Assembly (NCBI GenBank): GCA_043228905.1
Contig: JBHGNT010000002.1
Span: 26,908,001-26,972,000 of the forward strand
Source: Azolla caroliniana
Lineage: Eukaryota > Plantae > Polypodiophyta
Direction: 5' to 3'
DNA: 64,000 bases
The first letter of the stretch is position 1. The number at the start of each line of letters is the position of its first letter. Shown here one piece after another: positions 13,805-26,200 of this stretch. A program made the position numbers and the translations under genes. Below the pieces are notes generated by a model, which was not told where the DNA came from, made no database searches, and saw only the letters and a list, made by a program, of their open reading frames with translations.

Positions 13805-15216
13805 AGCACACCATACAATTGGAAGGAACGAAACCAGACATTGAGTTTAATAATCGTTTCATTTGAAATTGGACGTGCTTGATGGGTTGCCATCTATCTG
13901 ACGATTCCTAGTGATTTGAAGAAGAAGCTCATTCAATCTCTGGAAATTCGATAAGATGGATTCATTTCTCATTCAATCTCATTATATGGATGCATATCCC
14001 TGTCATTTTTTTGATTGCCTTTCAATAAATACATGAGTAGACATCATTATCTTTGCTACTACATGGTGTAAGACAAATCTCATCAGTCATACATTCCAAT
14101 ACCTCTGGTTTTGCTTAAATTGAGAAAAATGCATTGTTACCTTATTCGCTGAATTTGTTTCCTTCAACCTGAAACATACTACCATTTCAGAAGTTAACAA
14201 GAAATTCTCTGTACGTGAACGTATGGCTTGCTACATCTGATAGCTGTCCCTCTTTTTTGAATTTTGTAGTTAGTGGTTATCATTTTGTGTGCACACGATG
14301 AACATTACAATTTTCCAACATGTGATTTTTTTATTGTTATATTTCGAGCACAGGAGCTAACTATGTATGTGAAAACTAAATGCCATGGAGTGGCATGTAG
14401 CCTACAGACGTGAGCAAAGTTCAAATGGGGGTATTGTATTTATTTGGCAGTTCAAGCAGATGCATCGTAAGGTGGAACTCAAGTTGGTGGGATCCCTTTA
14501 GAGCACATGGTACATTAGGTGGACTTAATGCCAACAGACCTTATACCCAAGGATGAGCAACAATGAAATCATTTGGGATGTATGGCCAATGCTTTATTGC
14601 AAGATTGTGTGAGGAGACCGGTCTTTAGTGAAGAGGTGAACGTAGATAGTAAAGATGTGTTGAGGTCATTTTCAAACTTTTTATGGGTAAAATACCATCA
14701 CCAGATTGGGTTAAACAACGGTTGGGTCAAGTCTTGCAATAAGATTGTGTTGAAGATGTTTATGCAGCCTTTCATGGTTATTTTGAGCTGCATCTAACCT
14801 ATTTTGACAATATTTGATCTGGCATATCCTTCACTTTTGGTGATATAATTATATACTCTTTGCATGGGTAGTAATTCTATATAGGCCGAGCATCCATTTC
14901 TAATACCATGGCTAGATCAAGATTAGAGAGAGTCATTATAGTGACAAGGACTGATTGGGCTGCCTCTATTTGTTTCATGTTGAGTATTTCATAATAAAAT
15001 GGATGCTTCGTTTGGCTTTCACTATTCGACATCGGTACATCTAATATATGTAACTACAAAATCGCAAGCGAAACAGAGAACCAATGTAGATGAAGTCGAA
15101 AACTGAAACAAACTAGCAATATCATGAAAGCCGATTAACAGGTGGGTGTTTAAAGTTTAAACTTAGATTGAAATTATTTTGAGAATTAGTGAGTTGTGGG
15201 GGGGGGGGGTTAGTTT

Positions 15217-15224
15217 TAGGGTTT
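15217..15224 (-). promoter_or_regulatory. Telo-box (AAACCCTA) upstream of the PLS-PPR gene
   Basis: TAGGGTTT on the + strand ~40 bp before the ORF. A single short motif, so it could be chance. Confidence 0.35.
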
Positions 15225-15258
15225 CTGTAAAACTTTAGGGGCATGTTTGTAAATTTGG

Positions 15259-18200
15259 ATGATTAATGCGTACGTGGACACACACACTACACGTTTGCCG
15301 GCGACTGGGCGACACAATCTGAGGCGGAGTTTCCCGGGGAAATGTCGCAGGATTCCGGCGGAGATGCACAGTAGCGGATGGGTAGCAGTGAGCACAACGA
15401 GGAGGCCCTTGCCTGCCCCTGTCTTGATCCTACCTTGTCTCCATCCCGGTGCCAATTCTTGCAGGAAAGGTGCATTTAGATTCCTGAAACCTCATCATCA
15501 GTATGCCTCCCCTCATCCCCTCCATAATTCTATGCATCCCAGCTCTAGCTATGACTTTGTGTCTCTCCTCAAATCGTGTGCTGCGAACAGGGATCTTAAC
15601 AGGGGCCTTAATATATACGCTGAGATTTGCAGAATCCATACCTTCCAAGATGATGTTTTTATCGGGACTGCACTCGTTGACTTGTATTCCAAATGCGGCT
15701 TTCTTGTTCTGGCTCAAGAAGTGTTTGATAATCTTCCAGTCAGGAATGTGGTCACATGGAATGCATTGTTAACAGGATGTGTTGACACTGGTTGTGCTGA
15801 GGAAGCACTGGATTACTTTGAAGAGATGCATGTAGAAGGTATCCTCCCAAATTCTATAACGTTTGTTTGCATATTAAAGGCTTGTGGTAGCAGTGGAGCC
15901 GCAAGCAGGGGTCAGAAAATACACACTGAGGTTGAATTGTGGGGTTCACTCCAAATGAACATTTATGTTGGAGGCGCACTGGTTGACATGTATGCAAAGA
16001 ATGGGTGGCTTATAGACGGGCGCCATGTATTTGATAAGCAGCGATGTATCCGGGATGTAGTCTCCTGGACTGCCTTAATATCAGGATATGTACGACATGG
16101 GCACAATGAAGAAGCACTCAAATTGTTTGAAGACATGAAGCTTCAAGATGTCCATCCAAATGCTTTCACCATGGTTCACGGCTTGAAAGCTTGTGGAAGC
16201 ACAGGGGATGCAGTGAAAGGCCAACAAATGCACTCAGAAATTCAACAGAGAGGTTTAGAAGAGAGTAATGCTATTATTGGAAGTGCCTTAATTCATATGT
16301 ATGCAAAATGTGGCTTGCTTGGAGAAGCTGTGCAAATGTTTGAGAAACTTCGGCTTAGAGATTCAGTTTCTTGGACTTCATTAATCCATGGCTTTGTTAG
16401 TGATGGGCAAAGTGAAACAGCACTAATGTATTTTGAACATATGCAATATGAGGGCGTGCATGCAGATGCCAACACATTTCTTTGCATTTTGAAAGCATGT
16501 GGACGTATGGGAGCTATCGAAAAGATCATTGATATACATTCGGAGATTGAAAAAAAGGGTTGGTTGCAAACCGATATTTCTATTGGCAACTCCTTGGTGG
16601 ATGCATATGTCAGATGTGGTTGTCTTTCCAAAGCACAGGAAATATTTGACAAGCTTCACAGCCGAGATATCATCTCATGGAATACATTACTGGCAGGGTA
16701 TGCTGAACAAGGCCATGGAGAAGAAGTGCTGAAGTATCTAGATAAAATGCTACTAGAATATGTCGCTCCAGATGATATCACTTTTATTTGTGCATTGAAA
16801 GCTTGCGGCAGCATGCATGCCATCAATATTGGCCAAGATGTGCATGCTGAAATTGAACGGAAAGGTCTTTTCGAGGGGAACATTTCCATTGGTAACTCTT
16901 TGATTGACATGTATGCCAAATGTGGATTTGTTAGAAAAGCTCGAGATGTGTTTGACAGACTTCTTGTCCATGACATAATCTCATGGAATGCCTTAATTGG
17001 AGGATATGTTGCACGGGATGATGGGCAATCTGGACTCAACTGTTGTGAGCAAATGCAACTGGAAGGTATCTGTCCAGATGAGATCACAATTGTTAACATC
17101 CTAGGAGCATGTGGAGCTGTAGCAGCTCTACGGAAGGGGCAACAAATTCATGCTGCAATTGAAATAAGTAGACTGCTACATGGAGACCTCACAATTGGCA
17201 GCAGTTTGGTTGATATGTATACCAATTGTGGATGCACGGAGATAGCACAAGCTGTGTTTGATCAGTTTTCATCTCATGATGTTGTGTTTTGGAATGTATT
17301 AATCTTGGGATTCACAAGATACGGACTCAATGAGAAAGCCCTCACATATTTTGATCAGATGCATTTAGAGGATGTCCTCCCAGACATGGTAACTTTTCTG
17401 TCCTGTTTGAAAGCTTGTGGAAGCTTACATAACATACAAAAAGGTCGGGAAATTCATGCTGACATAGAAAGAAAGGGTTTACTGGGAAAAGATGTTGCAT
17501 GCAGCCTAGTTAATCTGTATGCAGAGTGTGGCTCACTTTTAGAAGCACAACAAGTGTTCAATAAGCTGCATGTCCAAGACGTGAACTCCTGGAATGCGTT
17601 AATCACGGGATATGTGGAATCTGAACATGGTGAGGAAGCACTCGTAAGCTTTGAACAGATGCAGCTTGAAGGTGTTAGTCCTGACTATACCACTGTAGTT
17701 TCTACGCTGAAAGCTTGTAGTAGCATACAAGCCACAGAGAAAGGTTGTGAAATACATGCTGAGGTGGAAAGGAAGGGGCTGCAAAACGAAAACCTCTTTA
17801 TTGCCAGTTGCTTGATTGAAATGTATGCTAAATTTGGCTTGATGTCAAGATCGCGCCATGTTTTTGATGCACTTATATCTCGAGATGTAGTTTTATGGAA
17901 CACACTTATCACAGGATATGCTGAGCTTGGAGATGGGGGAGAAGCATTGAAGTGTATCAAAGAAATGAAGCTTCAGGGTCTCTCCCCTAATTCTGTCACA
18001 TACATTTCTACGTTGAAAGCATGTGGTGCTATAGGAGCTCTGGACATGGGTCAAGAAATACATTCTGAAATTGAAAGAAAGAATTTACTTGGCACAGATG
18101 TTATCAGAAATACTTTGGTTGATATGTATGCCAAGTGTGGATCCCTTGCTGAAGCCCAGCAATTGTTGAAGAATCTTCCAGCTCATGATATAATTGCCTG

Positions 18201-18597
18201 GAATTCACTTATTGCTGGATATGCTCAGCTTGGAGAAGTTGACAATGTAGTCCATACGTTTGACTTGTTGCTATGCAAGGGTCTAAAACCTGATTCAGTT
18301 ACTTTTGTCATTCTTCTAACTGCATGCAGTCATCTGGGCCTAGTGAATAAGAGTGAGCATTACTATGAGTGGATGATTAAGGGGTATGGTCTTGCACCAA
18401 GATTTGAACATCACAGCTGCATGATAGACGTTCTTGGCCGAACAGGTCAATTAGAGAAGGCTACAACATTGATCAGGAGACTGCAGTGCAGTCCTGACCT
18501 TGTTATATGCCGTACAATTTTGGGTGCTTGTAAAAAATGGGGACACTTAGAACTGGGAAAGAAGATTTTTGAACGTGCTGTGCAACTTGATGAATAA
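15259..18597 (+). CDS. PLS-class pentatricopeptide repeat protein (organellar RNA-editing factor type), intronless, ending in the E region with no DYW domain
   Basis: 1112-aa ORF with repeated PLS triplets (VVSWNALI.GY / P.FVCILKACG / .LVDMYAKCG), then EHHSCMIDVLGRTGQL and ILGACKKWGHLELGKKIFERAVQLDE (E1/E2). The true start may be a downstream ATG such as 15364. Confidence 0.95.
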   Translation: MINAYVDTHTTRLPATGRHNLRRSFPGKCRRIPAEMHSSGWVAVSTTRRPLPAPVLILPCLHPGANSCRKGAFRFLKPHHQYASPHPLHNSMHPSSSYDFVSLLKSCAANRDLNRGLNIYAEICRIHTFQDDVFIGTALVDLYSKCGFLVLAQEVFDNLPVRNVVTWNALLTGCVDTGCAEEALDYFEEMHVEGILPNSITFVCILKACGSSGAASRGQKIHTEVELWGSLQMNIYVGGALVDMYAKNGWLIDGRHVFDKQRCIRDVVSWTALISGYVRHGHNEEALKLFEDMKLQDVHPNAFTMVHGLKACGSTGDAVKGQQMHSEIQQRGLEESNAIIGSALIHMYAKCGLLGEAVQMFEKLRLRDSVSWTSLIHGFVSDGQSETALMYFEHMQYEGVHADANTFLCILKACGRMGAIEKIIDIHSEIEKKGWLQTDISIGNSLVDAYVRCGCLSKAQEIFDKLHSRDIISWNTLLAGYAEQGHGEEVLKYLDKMLLEYVAPDDITFICALKACGSMHAINIGQDVHAEIERKGLFEGNISIGNSLIDMYAKCGFVRKARDVFDRLLVHDIISWNALIGGYVARDDGQSGLNCCEQMQLEGICPDEITIVNILGACGAVAALRKGQQIHAAIEISRLLHGDLTIGSSLVDMYTNCGCTEIAQAVFDQFSSHDVVFWNVLILGFTRYGLNEKALTYFDQMHLEDVLPDMVTFLSCLKACGSLHNIQKGREIHADIERKGLLGKDVACSLVNLYAECGSLLEAQQVFNKLHVQDVNSWNALITGYVESEHGEEALVSFEQMQLEGVSPDYTTVVSTLKACSSIQATEKGCEIHAEVERKGLQNENLFIASCLIEMYAKFGLMSRSRHVFDALISRDVVLWNTLITGYAELGDGGEALKCIKEMKLQGLSPNSVTYISTLKACGAIGALDMGQEIHSEIERKNLLGTDVIRNTLVDMYAKCGSLAEAQQLLKNLPAHDIIAWNSLIAGYAQLGEVDNVVHTFDLLLCKGLKPDSVTFVILLTACSHLGLVNKSEHYYEWMIKGYGLAPRFEHHSCMIDVLGRTGQLEKATTLIRRLQCSPDLVICRTILGACKKWGHLELGKKIFERAVQLDE

Positions 18598-19032
18598 CAA
18601 GATGCCTTCGCATACTTCTTCATGTCTCAAATCCATGCAAGTGCCAAGATGCTTGGCGCTTATGCTGGTTTTATAATCCGCAGGAAGCAACAGGCAAGAA
18701 CAGATAGCAGTAAGTAATTGAGTAGAAAACTGAATGATTTCCATGGCCACACAAGCATTGCTCAATATGCAAATAAACCTAAGATGGCCACTTCAGTGCT
18801 TGCAGCAAGGGCTAAATGGATAAGAATTTCATATCTCAATTTTGGGTTCACATAAGACATGCTAAATTAGAAGCATTCTTTTGTGATAATGCCAAATTTG
18901 TCGAAACTTATAGTGATGAAAAACCTTAAACAACAGATGTCTCTGGAAGCAAAAGCTGAAGAGGAAACCCTGTCAACAAATTAATTTCGAGATAGCCAAT
19001 GTCTTAGAAGAGAGACGGAAGTGGATAGACAT

Positions 19033-19069
19033 ATCCCACTCGAGGAGGCATGTGGGTTGTGGCATATAA
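19033..19069 (+). promoter_or_regulatory. snRNA promoter: USE-like ATCCCACTCG (19033-19042) plus TATAA (19065-19069)
   Basis: One base short of the plant USE consensus RTCCCACATCG. The TATA is ~30 bp before the U2 5' end. Confidence 0.6.
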
Positions 19070-19097
19070 GATGGGATGCAGGCACACCTGTCAATTC

Positions 19098-19295
19098 ATA
19101 ACTTTCTTGGTGTTTTGGCTATGATCAAGTGTAGTATCTGTTCTTATCAGTTTAATATCTGATACATGGTGTATAATGACACATGATATTAACCTAATTT
19201 CTTTCATGGAGGCAGCTCACACTAAAGGTGGCTTGCTGTCGGGAGCTGTGTGTGTCATCTCAGTCTTGCATTGACACTGAGATCACACAGGTGGC
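19098..19295 (+). ncRNA. U2: U2 spliceosomal snRNA (divergent variant or young pseudogene)
   Basis: Contains GATCAAGTGTAGTATCTGTTCTTATCAGTTTAATATCTGATA (branch-point recognition and stem IIa) exactly. Stems IIb, III and IV can fold, including ATCTCAGT/ACTGAGAT around a TTGCA loop. Stem I and the Sm site deviate. Confidence 0.93.
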
Positions 19296-20235
19296 CAATG
19301 ACAATCAACATTATCAAGTGATGAGGAGAGTATACAATATGCAAGAATGTGCATGCAACAAAAGAATTGGTTGAAGTAGACCCTTTTGGGGTCCACCGAC
19401 GGACATTATTGTCATTATTAAACGGGTTGGGTTGGATGATATGCCTCATTTCCAGCGTCCATGGGTTGATCACACCATTCTTGGGTATCCCCTCCCAAGG
19501 TGTGGTAGTGCACCTCCCAACGTGTATTGACAAGGAACTCCAACTCCACACACCGCAAAGACAATGAAAGAATTACATATTACATACTCACCTTGACATA
19601 ATAAACTCTACCCACCAACATGCAGGTTGTATGTTGTGACAAGACAGTTGCACTAACGGCTTTTCCGGAAACTAAATGCAAGGAGGAAGATAGAAATGGG
19701 AAGAAGAAACGTGGGCTGGGGACAAGCGAACCAAAATGAACTGACCACGATTAAGAAAACCACTCAAAATATGAGAACCACTCCCTTATACACAGAACAT
19801 ATTAAAGTGCTAGCTAGAGTGGAGGATGAGGAGATGAAAATGGATGCGTATTCTAACATTTCTCCGAGTTTTTTAGATGATTTACTGATAGAATTGCTGA
19901 ACTATATGAATAAATATGCATTCTTTTTGTCCAAATTAAATGATATACTCAAGATTATAGAAATCACAAGTACCATATAAGGGAATTCCCGAACTAGCTA
20001 TCCAAAATCGGAAGGGAGAACATTGCATCGATGCCAAAGTAGCTATTTCAATATGAAGTGAAGTTTGTATCAATTTGCCATCAGAATGAACTTTGGCGGT
20101 GGCTTTTTCCCAGATTTAGGTCCCTGTCCTATACATATTGATATAACATATATACATATGTACATACACACATATCTGGCCCAGGCTAGGCTATAAGCTG
20201 GTTTATCCTGCCTCTGCCTCTGTTGAACAGCGGCC

Positions 20236-23200
20236 ATGGCAACCTTCCCCACACTCTCCCCCTTCTTCATTCCACGACCTGCACCTGCCCTTACCTCCTC
20301 CGCACTACATCGTCATCAGATGCTCATGGTGCAATATCCTCAAAAGGAAGAGAAAGAAGGACCACCACTGACTGTTATAACATCATCATCAACAAGAACA
20401 AGAAGCGCCAGCATCAGTAGCAGCTCACAGCTAGTATCGCTCGTGACTGGACGCTGGTTGAAGCTCATCTGTGGGGCAAGCTTCGAGGTAAATAAACGAA
20501 AAATATTTAACATTGCCAATCCGACACCAGGGCAGGCCGACGTGTTTCATCTACTAGTAATAATGACAAGAATTGTTGTATACCTGCAGGATGTGGCACA
20601 TGTGCGGAATTTATCTCTGGTATACACACTGGCTGGAGGTTAGGTCTTCCTTCTTCTTTCAACAGCCCTTATCAGAAAACTTAATATTAAGTCATCATAT
20701 GATAAACCTGACCTCCTGCATATAATATATGATCATCAGTGGACTGCATTGATTGTGCTGCGGATCCCTCGATAGTAGCGGCTGTAAGAGAGGGCATTGA
20801 TTCGGCTCTTAATATATCTGGTGATGTCAAACATGCAGTTCCTTTGCATATCCCGTGGGTCATGGTCAGCATCAATGACGACACAGACCTCCATTTTCGT
20901 AAAGCTGGTTAGTGTTACTTCTTTTCTCTTTCTGGATAAAATGGTCAAGAAAAATCTCAATATTAGACAACAATATCAGATTGATATGTGTATCCCTGCT
21001 AGAAAATCTGAGTGACAACCAGGACTCTGTGAACTCTGGGGAGTGCTAAGCTCCAAGGGTCCTAAGATCTAGGTTTGCATAGAGTATATGAGTTCTCTCT
21101 CCCTGCCTTTTCTCATGAATCCCAATTCAAAATCCCCTTTAACAATTCACATTATATATTTGGAGACTCGAGAGTATGTATGAGCACAGTGAAACCTCAA
21201 TTTATAAGGCATCTTTATCCACATGTCTGTTCAGGACATAAACTTAAATGTATGTTCATCCATGTAGTTTAGTAAACTACAAGGGATTGGTTATAGGAAA
21301 TCCCCTTAATTCTGTGTCATGTTACCAATATGATATAGCAAGTATATATACAGGCTACCTGACCTGTAATTTGATGCTCCATTGTTTTTAGCTTTCACTT
21401 TAAAAAAATGATTAAAGATGAATTTAACTGATCAAAATGGTATGCTGTATTTTCTCCAGAATTTGTTGCCAGTAAATGTCCTTCAAATTGTTCACGGCCG
21501 TGTGAACGTGTATGCCCAGCATCTGCAATTTGGTTCAACACCACTCAAAATCAAATATCTTATAATAATTCTTTAGTATGGAGAAGTTGCACATTCTTAC
21601 TCTTTACTCGAGATAGGTTTTTATTCATCACAATATTTCATGCCATTGTATCTGTTGCTTTTATATTGTTGTCCATAGGGTGGAGTATTGTCTGATCGAT
21701 GCTATGGCTGTGGAAGATGTATTCCAGTTTGTCCATTTGGTCTTATTGGTACCTTTTTTCCTTATATTAAATATCGATTAATGTATGTAGTGCCATACAT
21801 TTGATCTTACTGGCAGTGTTATACTAGGTGCGAATTCTTATGTGAGAGATCCTGAAGCTGCCTCGCAATTATTTGAATCAAAGGATGTTGATGCAGTGGA
21901 AATACATACTACTGCCAGGTTTGCACGTATTTTCCTTTCTTTGACTTTCTATTAATATGAAAATGAAATGAATGAAGTATGAATCGTACAACCCATTATA
22001 AGATCATGCATGGCATAAATACTATCTGTCATTATTTTTTGGATAACTGATGAATTCATAATGTCTTTTTTCTTTCAGTGGAAAATATCTCCAGTTAAAG
22101 TTCCCTGTTTTTCTTCTCCAATTGCTGTTGTCCGTTTATTCTAAGTCGTTTTTATTTCTTTCTTCTGGAGCAGGAATCTAGAATCCTTCAAGAAATTGTG
22201 GGAAAGGATCCATGTTTCAGCCCAATCCCTCAAACTCATTGCTGTATGAAGACTTTTTCTTTCTGAATAGAGTAAAAAAAGAATCAATAGGCAACATTAT
22301 ATAGAATGGGGCTACAGTAAATGCTGTTGTATGGTGTGGTTGTTCAAAAACGTTTTATGGTGAAATACATCTTAGATTTAACACATTATTTCTAGTATAT
22401 TTAAACCTGAAGAATAAGCTGAAGACATAGTACTGGTAATGTATTATGAATATGCAAATGATAAATTGGAATAGAGTGGCTTCGTATCAGTGTGATGGTT
22501 GTATACTGCTTTTCATTTATAGGATAGAAAACAACAAACTTCTGAGTCCGAAAGTCAGGGGGAAAGGCCATTCAGAGAATCATAATCTAGGTTACTATTT
22601 GGAAGGAGGATGTTCTTTTGGTACCACTGTCTGTGTGCTTTTATTAGAATGTGATTTTAGCACACTTGAACCAGTTTGCACTGGTCAAGTGACTCGAATA
22701 TGCTGTCAAGAGAGTTACAATGTGAAATATCCTTTATAAATGTACAACTGGAGAATTGTCATACCTTCATACCCAACACTGTTTAGAAAATTCCTTATAT
22801 TATTCTCATTCTTTGATTAGATGAGAAGATAACCTAATGCAATGTTCATCATGAAACCAACATGAACACCTTTACAGGGAGGTGATTAAGCATACTTAAT
22901 TGCCATTAGCTTTTATACAATTAATAATCATTGAAATTAATGTGTGAGAAGAGAGCTAGAATTTAAAAACTTGATACAATGCACTGATTGGCCCCAAAGC
23001 TTGGTGTCACCATTGGCATTTTATTATTAATCCAACCAGAATTAAATATTACAAGAACAGTGTTTCAGCAAGCACAACTAAGTCCATGGGAACATCCTGG
23101 ATATTTTCCTAGATGAATAGGTAATGTTGATCCCATAGGTCTTATTCATTATCTTTTTGTGCTGATTTTAATCTGACATATAAGTCAGCAACTCTAGTTT

Positions 23201-26200
23201 ATTTGTACCTGACAGGTACAGGTATCATTATTTTCAGAATACTGTAACTGCATGTGATTATCATACGATTTCTTTTTTTTGTGTTTTTTGTAGTTCATTA
23301 ATCATGTAACACGCACAATCAAGCCAGTTCTAGTTAGACCTGGCAGCACTCCTTTTCCCCTCAAAATAAAGAATAGAAAATCACCAGTTTGCATTTTGGG
23401 TATATTCGTAGTTATTGTCAATAAATCAATTTTGAAGTGTTGAAATCTTTAAATGTTCATTAACATGAAATGATTACCTCTTGAAAAATACAAATGTTCA
23501 GAAAAACAAATACAAGGATAGCTATGCTTATTACCAGTAGGAATCTATTATGTAAGTATGTGACTATTATAATAATACTTTCACCATGTACTCAGATAAG
23601 TCTGCCTGATATTGGGGATGATATGATTCCAACAATGTGGGATTTATATAGGACAATGAGACCTGAATTAAGCTCCCTGAATATCTGGCAGGTGACTTGC
23701 GTCTATGCTCATTTATATTTTTAAAGTTGCGTACATATTGTTGAGGATTTGCTTACATTAAGGCTTCCTGTTAGTTAGATGGGCGCCCCATGAGTGGTGA
23801 TATTGGAGCTGGTGCTACGAAAGCTGCTGTTTCTCTTGCTAGGAGGATTGCTGCATGTTCGAATCGACCTCCTGGTAAATTCAGTTCAAAGTATTGAAAT
23901 TTCAGTTTGTATAAAACGTGCCCAAAACATTAATCCAAAAATACATTATGTTGCAGCAGATGTCAATTTCTGTAGACTGTATGCCATAGTAACAGAGGAT
24001 ATACATTTTTGGATGCTCAAGATATGATGTTATCCTATTATTTATTCATCTGTTTATATACCAGGATAAAAGCTTGAAAGCCAATGCTCATCTGTTTTGT
24101 TTTCTTGAATGAACTATGTAAAGACTGTGTCATTATGGGATCAACTAAGGGGTGAAACTCTACAATTGCAGGTTTCTTACAACTTGCAGGAGGAACAAAT
24201 GCGCATACAGTACATGCAATGAGAACACATGGATTTTGCGAAGAGACTCTTGGCAATTTACCTTTCTCACAAGGTTTTCTCCTTGAATCAAATTAACATC
24301 TTGCTTGCGTTTTATGATTTATGGTTCCACATTCAGAGTTCTCTTGCTGTCATATATCTATTGCTCAAAATGTCAATGCTGAAAATACACTAAACCTGGT
24401 GTCAGAGGTAAAGTTTAGTTGAAATGTTGTTACAGCCCCTGATTCCCAGAATCTGTTCTCTGTTTTCAGAATCTGCATCTTGCCACAAGATTCGCATCCC
24501 TTAGATGGATATATGGAAAACGTTCATTGATGGACATTTATGTGATTGTGCTAGATTTCTTCTATATGGTCTACTTTAGGCCTTCGTGCTTGCAATTGCA
24601 TTTTTATTTTTTTAGGGGATTACAAGTCAGTCACTATAATGCTGTAACAAAAATGGTCCTGAGGTGACAGACGCTAAGAGCTTGAGGGGTCAATGTATAG
24701 CCATATGACCTAGGAACGACAGAGCTGTCCACATTCAATTTATGCTACATTTTCATGGCTAAGTTGGGCAAGGCCAACAATCATCCATACATGGTGATGG
24801 CTATATAGGGTACTGCAAGTGAGGTATCTAGGACCTCCAACTAGAGAAAAAAATTAGGCTTTTGAGATACACGTGGTGTTCAATTCAACTAATTAAGACG
24901 CATGCGAAGAAAACATTAAAAACATTTGATGGCTAGGAAACTCTGGTTTTGGCTGGATGAAATAAAAAAGAGTGGTTCGACAATTGATTTTCGCTGAAAC
25001 CTGGTTATCTTGGATTTTCTTTTGGTAGCAATAACGGGTCCACACTGTTTTATGAAAATTGTGGCAGCGACTACAGAAGCAATAGCTGCATAATCAAAGA
25101 GTTTTGCATATTTACAGTTCTTTGTATCACTTTAGATTCAGAAAAAGAAAACGAATGATTTTGGAGCTGATTTGTATGCTGGTTCTATCTGGTAGAAAAA
25201 GGTAGCAATCAGAACATTGGATACAGGAAAACTGATTTATCTGATATTTGCATAGACAAAGTTAGAGCCAATCATGGGAGTTTAGACGACAATATTGTGA
25301 GTTCTCAAGAGATGGAGACCTTAACTTGACTTGAAACTTCAATGTTAAAAAACATGACACGATCTTCCTTCTTTGATACTTTATGGGATCTGCAAATGAG
25401 CAAACCATTTTGAATGGTCTAGACAGATATCCACCAAGTTGTGGCTTTACTTACTTTCTGCGCAGCCATACTGGTACCATGGTGGATTATATTCCATTCT
25501 CCAACACACCAATACCTGGTGTACACGAGTTCTCAGAGGTCACCCAGACCCATTGTTGTAGCAGTGAGTCATCCACACTCATCCTTCAAAGTGGACTTTT
25601 TACTACATTAATAGTCTGCCTCAACAGAATACATTGCATTATCTGATGTATACTTCCTTCTGGGTGACAGATGGGGAGTACACAGGAGAGATTTAGAAAC
25701 TCTTCCTTGTGGAGGATCCCCAGTGATCTCTGGTTGAGTTGACGCAGATGTTAAGTAAGACTCTACATTTAACTGCGACCACAGTGTTTCTATGTGCTAA
25801 TTGGATAAGGAGACCATATTCAGATATTATGAATCAGAACAACCTGTGCGATAGATGAGAGCCCAACCTTGGAGAGAAATAGTCCCAGGCCTCACTACAT
25901 ACAGCCAGTCATGCATTGTCTTTCATCATCTCATTTATAAAAGGCCTTTCCTCCTCAGTTGGAGAAAGATATGTACCAGTTGTCTATGCATCTAGATAAC
26001 AGGGAGACATGGTAACTCATCTAGGAGAACTCTCCATTTCCATCTACACCTCCCTGGATATATGGAGGCAATACGCAATGTACTAGAGCAGCCACGTTTA
26101 CCGGAGTAACATCCATCAACGATGTTTCTCCACTGCAGTTAAGGTGAAGGAGGCTATTGACAGACAACACAGGAAAGGTGCAACATCATGATAGTATAAC

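Noticed and set aside
16293-17960. Antisense ORFs over the PLS-PPR gene
   Set aside because: Shadow ORFs of a long coding sequence, with no recognisable motifs.
18595-18597. U-to-C editing of the TAA to CAA
   Set aside because: Reverse editing is established for organellar transcripts only. There is no evidence for it in nuclear mRNA.
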